Positions 61,451 to 64,000 of a stretch of DNA of 64,000 nucleotides are shown here, piece after piece; position 1 is the first letter of the stretch, and every line of letters starts with the position of its first letter. Under the pieces are notes generated by a model. The model was not told the DNA's origin. It was given only the letters and a program-made list of their open reading frames with translations, and did not search any database. This DNA is from Squalus acanthias. Its lineage: Eukaryota. The stretch spans positions 134,976,001-135,040,000 of the forward strand of contig CM059432.1 in NCBI GenBank assembly GCA_030390025.1. Direction: 5' to 3'. The translations under genes were made by a program, and so were the position numbers.

Positions 61451-62103
61451 GACTGCTCGGCCCACTGGAAAGGGAAGGACGCTACCTCCTGTGGCTCCGT
61501 GTCAGAGGGCCACTTTAAAAATAAACATTCTGTGGGCCTGATCTTTGGTGGTCGCAATCCTGTTCTGGAATCGCAGGTGAGCTCCACTTCGGTCAGGTGT
61601 CGGGGAGGTATGCCTTGAGACTAGGTGTACCTCTGCTGATCGGACATCCAGCCCTGACTGAGGGCCAGGGCGCAGGGGCTCCCTGAGAAGGAATGGGCAC
61701 CACAGCCGCATTTTGCCGCACATTGATGACCTTGTAAGGGTGGGCGGAGGCTTCACTCCCAACGGGTGTCCGCAATGCTTTAAATGGCAACTTCCAGAGA
61801 GTGTGGGAGTTCCCGACTTGAGCTCCACAAGAAATGTGTGCAAAAGTGAGGAGCATATTTACCGTACCTTCCTTCTGATACCAGCAAACTTCTTTCTCGT
61901 TTGCAGTCAGGCACAAAGGAGCTGGGTGACTGTATCGCCTTGGTTAGCAGCCACCCCTCATTCAGCCTGAAACTCGGTTTTACTGCAAACACCAAAACTT
62001 GGTGAAGAAAGGCAATAAGCAGGGACTCCACGGAATGGGAACCGCCTCCCCCCTCCCCAAATTGAAGAAATGCTTGGATTGTAGTGTCACACTTTGAACC
62101 ACT

Positions 62104-62742
62104 GGAGCCGATTTTCAACCTTCCCCCCACCCATTGGGTGGAACGTGGTGGTAGTTTGATGGAAAATAGCAGCTCGCCACTTATCGGCCTGTTCCCACTG
62201 ATGTCCAGGACACCACCACTTATGTGGGACCTTGAAATGGGTGTTCCATGCACCTGCTGGAAATGGACGGGAGCCTCATTAGCCCATGCAAATCAGGGTC
62301 CTTTGATGTGAATGTAATTTTGAAGTACTATTGGGTATGTTGCGTGTGCTGTGCATGCCCTGCCCATTAATACTTGGCATTGAGAGGCTTAACCAGCGGT
62401 CCTTAAAGGCCACTCAAGAAAAGGATAAAAACATTTTTTTAAAAACATTTTTTGTTGTGCTAGGAGAAGCTCCTCTTGGCCCCACGTAAATAGCAACCCC
62501 ACCGATACCCAACCCTCCGTGCCCCTACCCTGGTATCGCCTCCTCCCCACAACCCATAACTTACTTGCACCAGTGGAATGGTCGGATTCCCCACCTCCTC
62601 TGATCGGCACCGGCAGAATACCAATGAGGCCTCACCATGAAAATGATTCTGGCCCCCGACCACTTTCATTGGGCGGGGCAGCATGCTCGTTCCGCCCAAC
62701 CCGACCCGACCCGATGGAAGTGGCCTCCTGAAAGTTGACCCC
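62104..62742. mobile_element. Old degenerate Harbinger-type MITE
   Basis: Degenerate TIR GGAGCCGATTTTCA / TGAAAGTTGACCCC and cccgcc/cccgac subterminal motifs as in families B and C. Confidence 0.4.
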
Positions 62743-64000
62743 ATTTGTGTGTATGTTTTGGAAACTTCCCCTTTTTATAGGAGTTAATTCTTGATGTGAG
62801 GAACACTAACAGTTAAGTTCGACGGCTGCTGCGACTGTGTTTTTTTTGAGTAAAGTCTGTCCCTCCACAACCCCCATCTGATCAGCAGTCTATTTTCACA
62901 CATAAACCGTGCAAACATAACCACTGTTTCGCAGATGTGAAAATGCCAACAAAAGCTCGCCAAGTGAATGTTAACTTGCATTCAATTAAAACCTCTAATT
63001 GCTTACAAATGCCAAACCCATCATTTTTCTTCAAGTACTTAGCCTTCCTGCATTAGTGACTACACTTCAAAAGCACCATTAGTTGAAAAGCGCTTTGGGA
63101 CGTCCGGAGGTCGTGAAAGGCGCTATATAAATGCAAGTCTTTCTTCTTTCAACAGAAGAGATTTGAACATATATAACTGTACTCTGCGTGATATAACATT
63201 TACACACAAACATGAGTTCACTGTACATAATTGGACTCTTCTGAATATGCTGAACAAGTTGATGACAAAAACGCCCAGGTACTGTTATACTTTTTGGCAT
63301 CACAATGTTCCTCACACGGTGCGGTTTTATTCTGAGGGTGGTGTTTAAACCCCTGCTATTCTGTACAATAGGTACTTTAAAAACAGTATGTGGTATACGT
63401 TCGGACAAAAAAAAATTAAAGTCACGAATGGAGGCCTGGAAATTTCTAATTATAGCTTTGAATAATGTATTTTTGAAATAACTGTCAATCTGCAGAATTG
63501 AGAGCCCCGGCCTCGCAAACCACAAGAAACACTCGGTGCGCAGAACAATGGAAAATAAAAACTCACCTATTTCATAAAAGCATGTCATTTTCTTTACCAC
63601 AGGTGTTACAGCACCATTCAAAGCAGTTACAACCTGAATCTATTTTTATACCTACACAATCACAGAGAATCACCCAGGAGGGGAGTGCCATATATATACT
63701 CGATGCATCGATGAGAGTGGAGTCACTAACTGACAGCCATTGGAGAATTTGTAATAAAATAGGTGAGCTAGATTAACAGAGTCCCAGCATCCACGTAACA
63801 GCAAGCCAGTATCATGGAATCATTTTCCTAACTTTGATGCCAATTTCCTTTTTTAGAATTCAAAATAAATGGAGACACTACATTACAATAGGCTGTGGTC
63901 TATTAAGACTCTATTTTTTTTTAACTCAGCACTTCAAGAGATATCTGAACCAGTACAGAATTACAACATAATGTTCATGAGTTATTTCTTAATCAGATCC

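Noticed and set aside
60661..61618. Pro/Ser/Leu-rich and Gly/Glu/Arg-rich ORFs
   Set aside because: They are artefacts of the low-complexity G/A tract.
1..64000. CRISPR arrays, operons or other prokaryotic systems
   Set aside because: There are no repeat-spacer arrays or gene-dense coding regions. The content is vertebrate.

Overview
This is eukaryotic, repeat-dense vertebrate DNA, almost certainly from a shark or other elasmobranch (inferred from HE1/V-SINE, SacSINE1-like Deu-SINE and CR1/L2 content). The only recognisable host gene is the 3' end of NFATC1 on the minus strand: a terminal coding exon (V)NEIIRNDLSSASVHGHS* at 38927-38982, a TE-free 3' UTR of about 3.3 kb with three miR-124 sites, and a poly(A) signal at 35630. 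A candidate alternative C-terminal exon lies at 45567-45760. By inference, about 39-64 kb is the large last intron and 1-35 kb is downstream intergenic DNA. The most striking mobile element is an intact Neptune-type Penelope-like element (24605-28347). It has a 971-aa RT plus GIY-YIG ORF between two apparently identical 544-bp pseudo-LTRs, each carrying a minimal hammerhead ribozyme. Two more PLE hammerhead relics lie in the NFATC1 intron, one as a 98-bp-arm palindrome with a 13-bp TSD. Also present are a full-length decayed CR1, many CR1/L2/RTE fragments, at least four PIF/Harbinger-type MITE families with a Harbinger Myb-gene fossil, a pogo/Tigger-type MITE and long purine-rich simple repeats. 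All calls are by-eye recognition with no database search, and boundaries of decayed repeats are approximate.
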